Source: Candidatus Poribacteria bacterium (GTDB lineage: Bacteria; Poribacteria; WGA-4E; WGA-3G). Taken from it: a stretch of 64,000 bases of DNA. The position numbers were made by a program, and so were the translations under genes. Below are positions 10,384-20,357 of this stretch, one piece after another. Below the pieces are notes generated by a model. The model saw only the letters and a program-made list of their open reading frames with translations. It searched no databases and was not told the DNA's origin. Numbering within the stretch: the first letter of the stretch is position 1; the number at the start of each line of letters is the position of its first letter. The DNA is taken from the NCBI GenBank assembly GCA_965198235.1, contig OZ240248.1, positions 2,848,001-2,912,000 on the forward strand. Reading direction: 5' to 3'.

Positions 10384-10776
10384 ATGAACAGATGGAGATG
10401 CTTACTCTTTATGCTTGCTTGTTTGTCACAGATTGGTTGTGCCGCGCTTCTAACGGAGCAGGAGTATGTCCTAATCGATCGCGATGTAGAAGAAAAGATG
10501 ACTTTCCACGGAGAAATTTATTCGCTTCCAGAAAGCGCGGACATTCGGAAAATCGTGCTTCTTGGCTCTGGTAAAATCCGAAACATTGAAATTCACGTGC
10601 GTGATAAGAGAAACCGATGGACACCCGCCAAGAAAGTACCGGGGGGAATTCAGTTTCCATTTGAAATTCCGCTTATCGCTAAGACAGATGCTGTCAAAAT
10701 TATAAAACATTCGATGACTGGAGCCGGTCGCATTGAGACGATTCAATTTTACACGGTTACGGAGAAAGGAAATTAA
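10384..10776 (+). CDS. Small lipoprotein, beta-sandwich-like, unknown function
   Basis: AAGGAG RBS; MNRWRCLLFMLACLSQIG-C lipobox-like signal. Confidence 0.75.
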   Translation: MNRWRCLLFMLACLSQIGCAALLTEQEYVLIDRDVEEKMTFHGEIYSLPESADIRKIVLLGSGKIRNIEIHVRDKRNRWTPAKKVPGGIQFPFEIPLIAKTDAVKIIKHSMTGAGRIETIQFYTVTEKGN

Positions 10777-10778
10777 AA

Positions 10779-11570
10779 ATGATATACCGACAAGTTCTTG
10801 CATATCTCTATGTGCTGGCATTCATTCCATTGAGTGTCAAAGCACTACCGCCCCCTTCACCAGCAGGTGGTGGTATGTTGAAGTTAGATGAAAAACACGA
10901 TTTCGTCGCTACCCCCAACGCGTGGTTTCCCGATGAACAGTTTGAGGGATTGACCGCCGAAGCATGGATCTATTTTGAAAATCCACCTGACCCACTCACT
11001 TTCTGGTCAATCATCGGTCAGGAGGGACGATTCAATTTGGTTATTCATGGCAATAATGTTGTATTAGGTGCATGGGGTTATTCTGAAGGTGCGGCTGGAT
11101 CACTGACTTTCGGAGGTGCCCCTTTGCCCAAAAAGGAATGGATACACGTCACAGCGATTTACGATGCATCCGCAGGAATGGGATTTAACGGTAAGGGCGG
11201 CAACTGGTGCTGCCCGAGAGGTCATCTCATTAAATCAGGCAAACCACTTCGTATTGGCGGCATCATTTCACAAGATCCAGAGCGGAGCCGTTTCGTCGGG
11301 GACAACGTGAAATTTCAAGGATACATTGATGAAGTCCGGATATCCAATGTTGTACGATATGTGGGACCAGAGTGGGAGATCCCGAGAGGGAAGTTCGAGG
11401 TTGATAAACACACCATTTCGCTGTGGCACTTTGATGAACCACAGGAGTTAAGCCGTTTCAAAGATGCGTCCGGAAACGGACATCACCTCTGGAGAAGCGG
11501 TGTTATCAGTGGCTTAGCCGTCGAAGCACAACAAAAACTCACAACCACATGGGGACAGCTCAAGCGATGA
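10779..11570 (+). CDS. Secreted LamG/concanavalin A-like protein with conserved C-terminal tail
   Basis: LTAEAWIY, EWIHV, FQGYIDEVRIS, LWHFDE; ends AVEAQQKLTTTWGQLKR. Confidence 0.85.
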   Translation: MIYRQVLAYLYVLAFIPLSVKALPPPSPAGGGMLKLDEKHDFVATPNAWFPDEQFEGLTAEAWIYFENPPDPLTFWSIIGQEGRFNLVIHGNNVVLGAWGYSEGAAGSLTFGGAPLPKKEWIHVTAIYDASAGMGFNGKGGNWCCPRGHLIKSGKPLRIGGIISQDPERSRFVGDNVKFQGYIDEVRISNVVRYVGPEWEIPRGKFEVDKHTISLWHFDEPQELSRFKDASGNGHHLWRSGVISGLAVEAQQKLTTTWGQLKR

Positions 11571-11624
11571 AACCTCTAAAAAGACCTCTACCAACGGTCA
11601 TGTCCAATTGATAACGGTACCCCA

Positions 11625-11846
11625 ATGTCCTATGTATCGGCACTCGCAGGATCAGAACACCGACTCTACGCGGCTACATCAGAGGGCATATTTTTCTCCG
11701 AAAACGATGGGAATACATGGTTCCTCACTGCATTCGATAATGAGGATAAGTTTATCACCACACTCACAACTCATGGAAATACCGTTTATGCGGGAACGTG
11801 GCGCCACGGCGTATTCCGATCAGACAAAATGCTTATTCAGAAATGA
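11625..11846 (+). pseudogene. Fragment of a BNR/Asp-box beta-propeller gene
   Basis: LYAATSEGIFFSENDGNTW and VYAGTWRHGVFRSD blades in only 73 aa. Confidence 0.6.
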
Positions 11847-11928
11847 GACGATTTGATAGAGTCGCAAACCTCTTGACTGATAAGCAAAAAATTGAGTTCC
11901 AAATAGGTTCCCTTCAGCATCACGCCTC

Positions 11929-12043
11929 TGCCCCACTTTGTGCTATTAGGTCTAAGGTCTGCCCTATTTTGTGCAGTGCTTTCTGGACATTTCGCTAAGA
12001 ATCCCACCAGTGTCGTATTGTTCAGATTGGCACGGAATTTGCA
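11929..12043 (+). promoter_or_regulatory. sigma54 promoter with tandem upstream activator-like sites
   Basis: TGGCACGGAATTTGCA at 12028-12043; TGCCCCACTTTGTGC (11929) and TGCCCTATTTTGTGC (11960), 31 bp apart. Confidence 0.8.
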
Positions 12044-12191
12044 ACTTCTTACGGTAACCTCTACCGAATCCATATTAGACAATGGTTGTAACTCCGTCTG
12101 TTTGATTGGCAGGAGATTAGCGATTGTGTTCAGAGAATGCACAAATTTGAACACTTTCAGTTAATGCGTCCCTAAGGAGGAACACAAACAA

Positions 12192-15100
12192 ATGAACAAG
12201 TTAAAACGAGCGATTAATTTTATGCTTGTAGTGGCTTGCGTCCTTAGTACGTCTGTGTTCTATAGTTGTGGCGCGGACAGTCTCGGACCACATAAACCGC
12301 TCCTACCGGCAATTGGGGGGGAAGCGAAATTCTCAAGCAGATTCCAATTGGAAGAAGAACCGCAGGTCTTCTATGATCTTTATGGTGCAGAAATCGTAGA
12401 AGGCAGCGAGCTCAATACATACACCGATCAGAAAGAATTTGATCAGAACGGTAAATTAATTGTTGGCTGGGGAGGTCAGCTGGATAGTCTTCGCTTCACG
12501 GCTCAACTCGACCGGACAATCTTGGCTGAAGAAACCTTTCTCGGTAGACATACTGAGTTTATTATTGGCGATCACTTACGACTCAAACCCGCTTCCCTGT
12601 TTCCAAATCGATATATTATATACAAAACTGAGTTTGATGGGCTTCGGTGGGATATCTCTTTTGCTCAGGAGCACCATCTTTTTACCCTCATCCACTCCCG
12701 TATTTCTAATCCTATTAAAATAACAGATGATGCGCCAGGGCAAAGACTCGGACAGGATCTTGGGCGCCGAAACGGGTTGAACGCATCGTCAGGGGTCAGG
12801 AACATTGAAAACGCACGACTCGTTGGTTTTCGAGGACAGGGACTTTTAGGCGAATTTCTCCGCGTCGGATTTACTTATGTAAATTTGCATAAAGAACATC
12901 CCGAACGCGTAATAAACTCATTCATGGGGACCGTTGCCAATACACCCCCTGAAACAATATCCATTGTTTTCCGTGATGACTCGCCTGAGGATAATCACAC
13001 GAGTACATTCACAGATTTTCGTTCTTATGATCCCGACTTACACAGCGATAACATCCAAGAGGGTGTCGGTGTTGCTTTCAAAAGCATGAAGATTACGATC
13101 GTTACACAAACACTTCACAAATTACCCCCCGCAGCTATAGCGGAAGGCATTGAACCCGAACTTCTACCAGAAGTGACGCACCAATTCAATGTCTTCGCTG
13201 ATGAGCTTGTTCCGGTTGATCACGCCGGGGGTCCTTCCGAAGTCCGAGATTCCGTTGACGGGAGGTGGAAAATTGTCACCGGTTTCAACAAAATGAAATA
13301 TGATCTGATGCTGACGGATGAGAGGATTAACATTGATCCGCGAACGGTCAAATCGGTTGTATTTGACATGGTTGTTGCAGGCGATTATAATATAGCTGTT
13401 ATCGGTTTTAGTGAAGCAAATAGAGCAGAGGAGAACCCCGACCTACAAGAATGGATTAAAACGACAGATGGTCGCATTCAGATGCCGTATCGCGACATAA
13501 TTGAGGCACCGGGGAATTACGGACAATCTCCGGATTACATCAGAAACAGGAAAAAACTTGTAGACAATCCCACGCAATGGAAAGGTGAAGGGAGACCTCG
13601 GAAAATCCGATACCGCTATGGTGCCGCACGTGCCGCAGCTCTCTATGGATTTGACCTTGAAGGGACTGTCGGCAATGTTTTCATCAGGGCACACTACTCT
13701 ATTAATGGTAAATACAAACAGTACCCTACTATCCCCAAAGATAAAGTAGGATTTAGTCGAACCAAAACCACTCTTCAGACACCCGATGGTGAGGAAGAAA
13801 CAGGTGTCACTATTGATTTCAGCAGCCGACTCCCGGTAGATGCAAACGGTATCCCCACATATTCGGAAACCGAAGGCGAACGTTTTGAAGCTTTTTTAGG
13901 CGGTGACGGAACGGATGAAGATGGCAACGGAAAACTCGGTAGAGAAACCGCTTGGTTCATCCAACTTAAGTCTCGTTTTAGCAAACTCCACTTAGAAGGG
14001 GTCTTGTATCATATTGACCCAGGCTACACAACGAACTATCTGAATTTTGGCGCACATCCGAACCGAGGCCAAATTTACACGCTTGAACGAGGCAGACCAG
14101 AGAGGCCCTTGGAAGATCAAATTGCGGAAGAACAAATGCCATGGGACACCGCCAATTATACACTGATTGAGGATGACGATGATGGCGATGACTGGCCCGA
14201 TGACAGTGACTTTGATGGGGTAATTCCACGTGCTGATGATCGAGACCAGAACGGGATATTAGACTTCCAAGAAGATTTTCTTATTTTTGAAGCCGACCCG
14301 CCTGTATTTACCAACATTATCGATCTGAATAATAACGGTATTGTTGATCCGATTGAGGATGACTTTGAACCAGAATACGAATACGGTATAGACCGTCAGG
14401 GGTATCACCTTAAAGCCAAATACAACCTACTTGATAATCTCGCTGTTCAAGTGGGTTGGTTAAACGAAAGCGAAATTTCAAGCCGGCGGAAAAATAACGC
14501 TAAATACATACATGTTACTTATAAACGCAGCATCCCCAATTTTGGCAGCTTTCACTTCCAAAATCGATTCGTCCGGGCGCAAGATGATATTCCGGATTAC
14601 GCACTTGCATTGCCTGTTGGAAAATTGGAGCCGATTCACATTAAGGACGAACTTGATTTTTACAACGCACGGGTGAATACAACAACGCTCCAATGCCTCT
14701 ATACGGCAGTGCGAAACTTGACACTTGAAGCCAAATTCCTGGTTCTCATGCAAAAACAGTTTGAACAGGACGAAGGGAAGGCACTTTTCAGGGATATGGA
14801 ATACGACCCGATATCAAAGAATTTTGAACCCGATGAGCGCGTTGACTTTATGGTGCCAATTGATCAGGTCCGGCTTGGCGCATTCTATCCTGATCATGGA
14901 ATTAACGCACTTGACCCGACTGACACCGGTTTAATCTATGACGCTGCGAACTGGAAAAAACGCCGTTACCCCGAACGAAACATCCGTAATCAGCTCACTA
15001 TTCTGAAGGCGAAATACGAGATTCCACTTGGGGATCTCCCTTATGTCAACAAAATTGTTGAAGATTTAACGCTAACGCCTATGGTTAAGTACGTCTGGGA

Positions 15101-15527
15101 CCGCGCTTTTGACCGGAGTGCCGATGAAATTCCAAAAACACTCAACCCAGACTTGTTTCTCCCAACCGACGATCAACCGGTTGAATATTTGCGATTCAAT
15201 CGTCGAAGTCGAGAGGATATTCTTGGTGTCCGCCTTGATTATCAGTTTACACAGAGAACCAAAATCCTTGGAGGATTCCAATACCGGAAGTTTTCCAACC
15301 GGGATAAAAACTTCAAGAACTACCTACAAACTTTCTCAGATGACGTTAGCGTTCCAAACCTATACCGCCCTGACCTGCGAACTCGTATTTTTGAAATCCA
15401 AGCCATAAACAGAGGCGAATGGCTTGGATTCTATATCATCATTCTTGCAGGTCACCGTAGAACCACTAATCTGTTTCAACATACGACGAGTAATACAATG
15501 TTTGTTCGAGCGATGATGGGTTTCTAA
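12192..15527 (+). CDS. Large exported protein, probable outer-membrane beta-barrel with Asp-rich Ca-binding-like loops
   Basis: TAAGGAGG RBS, signal peptide, amphipathic strands, DxDxxG-like motifs (DRDQNG, DLNNNG, DEDGNG), terminal Phe (FVRAMMGF). Confidence 0.7.
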   Translation: MNKLKRAINFMLVVACVLSTSVFYSCGADSLGPHKPLLPAIGGEAKFSSRFQLEEEPQVFYDLYGAEIVEGSELNTYTDQKEFDQNGKLIVGWGGQLDSLRFTAQLDRTILAEETFLGRHTEFIIGDHLRLKPASLFPNRYIIYKTEFDGLRWDISFAQEHHLFTLIHSRISNPIKITDDAPGQRLGQDLGRRNGLNASSGVRNIENARLVGFRGQGLLGEFLRVGFTYVNLHKEHPERVINSFMGTVANTPPETISIVFRDDSPEDNHTSTFTDFRSYDPDLHSDNIQEGVGVAFKSMKITIVTQTLHKLPPAAIAEGIEPELLPEVTHQFNVFADELVPVDHAGGPSEVRDSVDGRWKIVTGFNKMKYDLMLTDERINIDPRTVKSVVFDMVVAGDYNIAVIGFSEANRAEENPDLQEWIKTTDGRIQMPYRDIIEAPGNYGQSPDYIRNRKKLVDNPTQWKGEGRPRKIRYRYGAARAAALYGFDLEGTVGNVFIRAHYSINGKYKQYPTIPKDKVGFSRTKTTLQTPDGEEETGVTIDFSSRLPVDANGIPTYSETEGERFEAFLGGDGTDEDGNGKLGRETAWFIQLKSRFSKLHLEGVLYHIDPGYTTNYLNFGAHPNRGQIYTLERGRPERPLEDQIAEEQMPWDTANYTLIEDDDDGDDWPDDSDFDGVIPRADDRDQNGILDFQEDFLIFEADPPVFTNIIDLNNNGIVDPIEDDFEPEYEYGIDRQGYHLKAKYNLLDNLAVQVGWLNESEISSRRKNNAKYIHVTYKRSIPNFGSFHFQNRFVRAQDDIPDYALALPVGKLEPIHIKDELDFYNARVNTTTLQCLYTAVRNLTLEAKFLVLMQKQFEQDEGKALFRDMEYDPISKNFEPDERVDFMVPIDQVRLGAFYPDHGINALDPTDTGLIYDAANWKKRRYPERNIRNQLTILKAKYEIPLGDLPYVNKIVEDLTLTPMVKYVWDRAFDRSADEIPKTLNPDLFLPTDDQPVEYLRFNRRSREDILGVRLDYQFTQRTKILGGFQYRKFSNRDKNFKNYLQTFSDDVSVPNLYRPDLRTRIFEIQAINRGEWLGFYIIILAGHRRTTNLFQHTTSNTMFVRAMMGF

Positions 15528-15580
15528 ATATGTCAATCCTCAGCGAAACCGCTTGGGTCGCCTACAAGTTTCAACACCTA

Positions 15581-15683
15581 TAGGACTTACGCAGTTGCTT
15601 CATCAAGTCCCCCTGATAAGGGGGATTTAGGGGGTTTAAAAATCAGAAATTTCCTGTTACATGCTAAATTTGCGTAAGTCCTG
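15581..15683. repeat. MITE, AGGACTTACGCA TIR family, copy 1
   Basis: AGGACTTACGCA...TGCGTAAGTCCT; internal hairpin TCCCCCTGATAAGGGGGA. Confidence 0.8.
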
Positions 15684-15744
15684 ACCTAATTCATATAGCC
15701 TCCGACCCTACAGCACAATCGGTTTGGATCCCACTGCGCTGTTG

Positions 15745-16144
15745 CTATCGCTGGCGTGAAGGGAAAAGTGTTCCCAACAGACGTGTTACTGAACTGTTGA
15801 CTGTCGGCGCAATATGTAATTGATTCTGTAGATATGCTTCGTAGGGTGTGACGACCCCCAAAATTGTGGAACAATGTCCTGATGTAATCCTTGTCGCCAT
15901 CTCCTTCCGGCTCATAGCGAATCCGCTTATATTCACGTTTCACCAATTCGTTGTGTAAGGCACATAGCAGTGCAGCACCGATCTCCTCAAGGAAACCTTC
16001 TGGGTGCGTGGAACTTTCGGAGGGTTGTGGTTTAAGACAGAATTCGGTGATTGAGACATTCTTTTTCTTCTCAAAGCATTGTGCTTGCACGTACCCAAGC
16101 AGCTCTCCATCCTTCTCTGCGAGATAATCGGTCCCTTCTTTTAT
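15745..16144 (-). pseudogene. GNAT acetyltransferase-like remnant, 5' truncated with internal deletion or frameshift
   Basis: DYLAEKDGELLGYVQAQ...ITEFCLK...IGAALL directly after an in-frame stop; a second frame gives the C-terminal-like LGVVTPYEAYLQNQL...LLGTLFP. Confidence 0.5.
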
Positions 16145-16255
16145 TCAACTATATCTACAGCACTTTCTTCAACTTTTTTGTTGCACTCCAACACTGATGT
16201 TGCTATGATAGGTATAAACCAGCACATTTTTTCTTGGCAAACTTTGGAGATATGC

Positions 16256-17383
16256 ATGAACAGCTACCGTATTGCAATTATCGGCTTAGGGGGCATGGGC
16301 GGATCTCATGCCCAAGCAGTGCAGTTAGAGACGAACTGTGAACTCGTCGCTGGAGCGGAAATCAATCCAGAACGGGCAAAAGCCTGGGGAGAACGATTCG
16401 GAGTCAAAGCCATCTATGACGACTACGAAAAGATGCTTGACGAACAAAAACCCGACATTGTTATCATCCCGACGCAAGCACCGATGCACCACCCACCGAC
16501 GATCGCCGCGGCACAGCGCGGCATCCACGTCTTTTGTGAAAAGCCGACTGCACTCAACCTTATTGAAGCCGACGAAATGGTTGAAACCTGCGACCAGCAT
16601 CACGTCAAGTTTGCCATTAACCACATCAAACGCGCCAGCCCATACAATCGACACGTCCTTTCACTGATTGAGAAAGGCGAAATCGGCGATGTCGTGCTGA
16701 TGAAGGCGACCGATAAAGGTGGACGCAAGGTGGGAAACTCACTGATGGAGATGGGCACACATCTCTACGATTGGCTCCGTCTCTTCTGCGGCGATGTCGA
16801 ATGGACACACGCACACCTCGTGCAAATGGATGGGCGCGAATCAACCGTTAACGACATCAAACATACCCAAGAGGTCCACTCGTTTGACCGAGATGCAGGA
16901 CTTGTGCTTGGTGAGCGGGGACACGCCGCTTTTCGTTTCAAGAGCGGCATCCATGCCGACGTGCAGTTCATCGCGCAGCCCGAGACAAACGATAACGCTT
17001 ATGGTATTGACATTATCGGCACCGAAGGCAGAATTGCGATCCGAGAGAGCGTCGGCACGACGATGTTTATCCACAAAGGACAACACCAGACTCCGGCAGA
17101 AGCGTGGGAACCAGTGCATCTATCAGTCGAAGATTTGGACGAGCAAGGGAATCCACGAGACAAGGGGTCGATACGATTGCTACTGCAACGCCTCATGCTA
17201 CGCGATCTCATCGCAGCTATTGAAGAAGACCGGGATCCATTCGCGAGTGGCAGAGATGGTCGGGACTGTCTTGAAATGATTCATGCAACATGGGAATCAC
17301 ATCGGCAGGAGGCTCGGGTATATATGCCGCTCACGCCACGCGAACATCCGCTCGAACGGTGGCAGAGAGAAGCACGCGATTGA
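16256..17383 (+). CDS. Gfo/Idh/MocA oxidoreductase
   Basis: IIGLGGMG, HVFCEKP, EMGTHLYD. Confidence 0.9.
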   Translation: MNSYRIAIIGLGGMGGSHAQAVQLETNCELVAGAEINPERAKAWGERFGVKAIYDDYEKMLDEQKPDIVIIPTQAPMHHPPTIAAAQRGIHVFCEKPTALNLIEADEMVETCDQHHVKFAINHIKRASPYNRHVLSLIEKGEIGDVVLMKATDKGGRKVGNSLMEMGTHLYDWLRLFCGDVEWTHAHLVQMDGRESTVNDIKHTQEVHSFDRDAGLVLGERGHAAFRFKSGIHADVQFIAQPETNDNAYGIDIIGTEGRIAIRESVGTTMFIHKGQHQTPAEAWEPVHLSVEDLDEQGNPRDKGSIRLLLQRLMLRDLIAAIEEDRDPFASGRDGRDCLEMIHATWESHRQEARVYMPLTPREHPLERWQREARD

Positions 17384-17398
17384 AAACAGGAGGCATTT

Positions 17399-18079
17399 AT
17401 GCAACGTTTGGATATTCTTCATCCGTCAATTGACGATTACCTACTCGACATCACACCTGAGCGCGATGAAGTTCTAACAGAGATGGAAGCGCATGCACGT
17501 GCCAACCGGTTTCCGATTGTGGGACCGCTCGTTGGGCGCGTCTTACATCAATTGGTGTTAATAACCAATCCGACGCGAATTTTTGAAATGGGGTCCGGCT
17601 TTGGTTATTCGGCCTATTGGATGGCGAAGGCATTGCAGGAACCGGAAGCGTCTCTCATCTGTACGGACGGTTCGCAGGAGAACGCCGATCGCGCAGCGGG
17701 TTATCTTGCACGCGGTGGCATCGCAGATCGCATCGACTATCGCGTCGGCAACGCACTCGAAATCATAGACGAAACCGAAGGCGAGTTTGACATCATCTAC
17801 AACGACATTGACAAAGACGGATATCCCGAAGCCTTCCGCAAGGCGATTCCACGACTCAGAAGCGGTGGATTATTTATTACAGATAACATGCTATGGATGG
17901 GACGCGTCGTTACGCAGGAACCCGGTAGTCCTTCAGCAGGACTTGATGAACGGGAGCAGTGGTTTCATGCTGCGACAATCGGAGTTAGAGAGTTGACCCG
18001 CCTTCTCTATAGTTCGCCTGATATATTCACGACGATCATTCCCCTCCGCGATGGGGTCTCAGTCGCTGTGAAACGTTAA
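17399..18079 (+). CDS. Class I SAM-dependent O-methyltransferase (COMT/CCoAOMT-like)
   Basis: EMGSGFGYS, DIDKDGY, GGLFITDN. Confidence 0.9.
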   Translation: MQRLDILHPSIDDYLLDITPERDEVLTEMEAHARANRFPIVGPLVGRVLHQLVLITNPTRIFEMGSGFGYSAYWMAKALQEPEASLICTDGSQENADRAAGYLARGGIADRIDYRVGNALEIIDETEGEFDIIYNDIDKDGYPEAFRKAIPRLRSGGLFITDNMLWMGRVVTQEPGSPSAGLDEREQWFHAATIGVRELTRLLYSSPDIFTTIIPLRDGVSVAVKR

Positions 18080-18155
18080 TTCATGTTTTCATTGGTGTGG
18101 TTTTCTCCGCGCCACTTTGGATCTCATTTTCAAAAATCTCGTTATGAAGGAAAAG

Positions 18156-18770
18156 ATGAGTAAACGCAAATCTATTTTCGGTCCCTCCAAAGATGAAATC
18201 TGGGCACAAATTGCCACCGATATCGGCGGTGAGTTTATTCAGGGTGGCTTCTGGGGCAAGGATGTTCTCATTTATAAACACGGTGAGTGGCAAATCCTAC
18301 TTGATACTTACGTCGTCTCAACTGGAACATCATCTCATATACTCACTCGGATGCGGGCACCATTTGTGAACAAGGACAGACTTTACTTCAAGATTTCTCG
18401 CCAAGGGTTCTTCCGTTCAATAGGTAAAGTGTTCGGTATGCAGGACATAGAAATAGGGGATCCGTTCTTCGATAAGCAATTTGTAATCAAAGGCAACGAT
18501 CCAGAGAAAATCAAATTGCTATTTGCTGATGGGAACATAAAGGAGTTGTGTCAAAGACAGCCAAGGATCCATCTCAATATTAAAGATGATGAAGGTAGGT
18601 TTGGTACCGATTTCCCTGAAGGCGTTGATGAGTTGTACTTTGAGTGCATCGGCGTTATCAAAGAGACCGCATTACTAAAGTCTCTGTTCGCGTTGTTCTG
18701 TCTGATTTTAGAGCACCTCGTTCGATTAGATTCGGCGTATGCGGATGATCCGAAAGTTATATTGAAATAA
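18156..18770 (+). CDS. Conserved hypothetical protein (DUF3137-like)
   Basis: GMQDIEIGDPFFDKQFVIKG motif. Confidence 0.65.
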   Translation: MSKRKSIFGPSKDEIWAQIATDIGGEFIQGGFWGKDVLIYKHGEWQILLDTYVVSTGTSSHILTRMRAPFVNKDRLYFKISRQGFFRSIGKVFGMQDIEIGDPFFDKQFVIKGNDPEKIKLLFADGNIKELCQRQPRIHLNIKDDEGRFGTDFPEGVDELYFECIGVIKETALLKSLFALFCLILEHLVRLDSAYADDPKVILK

Positions 18771-19213
18771 CCTTTGCTGAAGGAATCTGTAGGCACAGTA
18801 TCCCTGGTCCTTTCCTCCGTCTTCGCTGGTTCCACGGAACAGAAATTACCCATAAGCCTTAGAAAAGGCTCAGAGGCATTCAGTTCTCCTGTCGCATTAA
18901 TGCTTGAATCTAACGACACCCGTGCAGGAGCGAACTCCAGCTCGCGACTTACTCCATAGAATCAACAGAAAGCCGAAAACTGAGTGGCACTTAAAAAACT
19001 TGACTTTTATTTTCATTTCCTGTAAATTCTATTTAGAAGCCATCCGTTAATTGGCAATCTAAGTACCCATAACCACAATCGAATGGAACTACCCTGTCCA
19101 TGAGTCTTGCCGATGTACCTATTGCTTGGGAATCTACACCCTAAGCATATTTCTACAAGAAAACAAACGCATCTTTGCTTTCTATAGCGAAGAGTATTGA
19201 TGGGAGGTTCACA

Positions 19214-20230
19214 ATGTTTTTTCGAAAAAAATCGTTCCCTGTAAAAGTCAATCTACTCACTATTGTTTGCTACGTTTTATTCACACTATCCACACTATCG
19301 GTGATGGCACATTCAGGCGGCGAGGTGACATCCAAAAAAACCGAAACGCCTATCACGATTGATGGAATGCTGGATGAGGCGGAGTGGAACGCAATATTTC
19401 AAGAATCTTCACCCTTGCAAGATATTGTCGTAGACCCACGCGATCCGAAACACGCCCAAGAGTGGTATCAAATTATTCCCGGCGGCGGTGCTGGTAGCGA
19501 CACAAATGACGGTGGACTCCGTGTCAGTCGTGGCAAATTCGATGGCGACGACGATTTTCTGGCACGCTGGGCAACGCTATGGGATGATGACTATCTCTAT
19601 TTCGCGTTTGATGTCACCGATGATACCACGCACGCTTACGCCAATGATTTAGCGACTCGCACTGGAGACATTGACGGGATCTGGTTGATATTCGACACTA
19701 AGCACGATGCCCCTGTCTTTGACTTCCCACACCATGAGTTTGATACGAAACACGTCGCCAATAACAGTTCCTATGAAGCAGACGACCATTATTGGATCTT
19801 CGCGCCTGTAACGACTAAAGACACAAGTGCTGCGTGGGCACAATCGTTGAGTGCGGGGAGTGATCCAGAGTTAGGCGAACCCGCTAACGGACACGTCGCA
19901 GGTCAGAAAACCAATAGTGGTTATTCCGCCGAAATGCGTCTGCCTTGGTCGATTTTTGAGCCGTTCTTCGGCGCAGCCATCTCCCCCACAGACGGCTTAG
20001 CCATCGGATTCGACATCACAATCACAGACATCGACGGGGACGCTCCCGGTACGTATGCCGCTCCCCTTGGCGGTGCTGTCGCTTGGTCGAGTGATTTTGA
20101 AAACGACAACAGTCCAGGTGTGCTCGGTGACCTATTCATTTCCACTGAGGTCATCGGCAGTGCAACGTCTGTTGATCCCGTAGGCAAATTGCCAGTGACA
20201 TGGGGTAAGATTAAGCGCGGCTATAAATAG
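19214..20230 (+). CDS. Secreted CBM9-like sugar-binding protein with conserved C-terminal tail
   Basis: PITIDGMLDEAEW, WDDDYLYFAFDVTDD, YSAEMRLPW, IGFDI; ends VDPVGKLPVTWGKIKRGYK. Confidence 0.85.
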   Translation: MFFRKKSFPVKVNLLTIVCYVLFTLSTLSVMAHSGGEVTSKKTETPITIDGMLDEAEWNAIFQESSPLQDIVVDPRDPKHAQEWYQIIPGGGAGSDTNDGGLRVSRGKFDGDDDFLARWATLWDDDYLYFAFDVTDDTTHAYANDLATRTGDIDGIWLIFDTKHDAPVFDFPHHEFDTKHVANNSSYEADDHYWIFAPVTTKDTSAAWAQSLSAGSDPELGEPANGHVAGQKTNSGYSAEMRLPWSIFEPFFGAAISPTDGLAIGFDITITDIDGDAPGTYAAPLGGAVAWSSDFENDNSPGVLGDLFISTEVIGSATSVDPVGKLPVTWGKIKRGYK

Positions 20231-20357
20231 TCCCAAATTAATCGCGATACCTCCTAATTTCCTATACAGAAGATGGGCGGAGATATTCTCCGCCCTCAAC
20301 ATTTCAAAGCAATTCGGTATAAATCTTCCCGATTTCAGCAAAGAATAAAGGGCAAAT

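Noticed and set aside
11798-12164. Short ORFs including the 105-aa minus-strand ORF
   Set aside because: They overlap the sigma54 promoter module and have no protein motifs.
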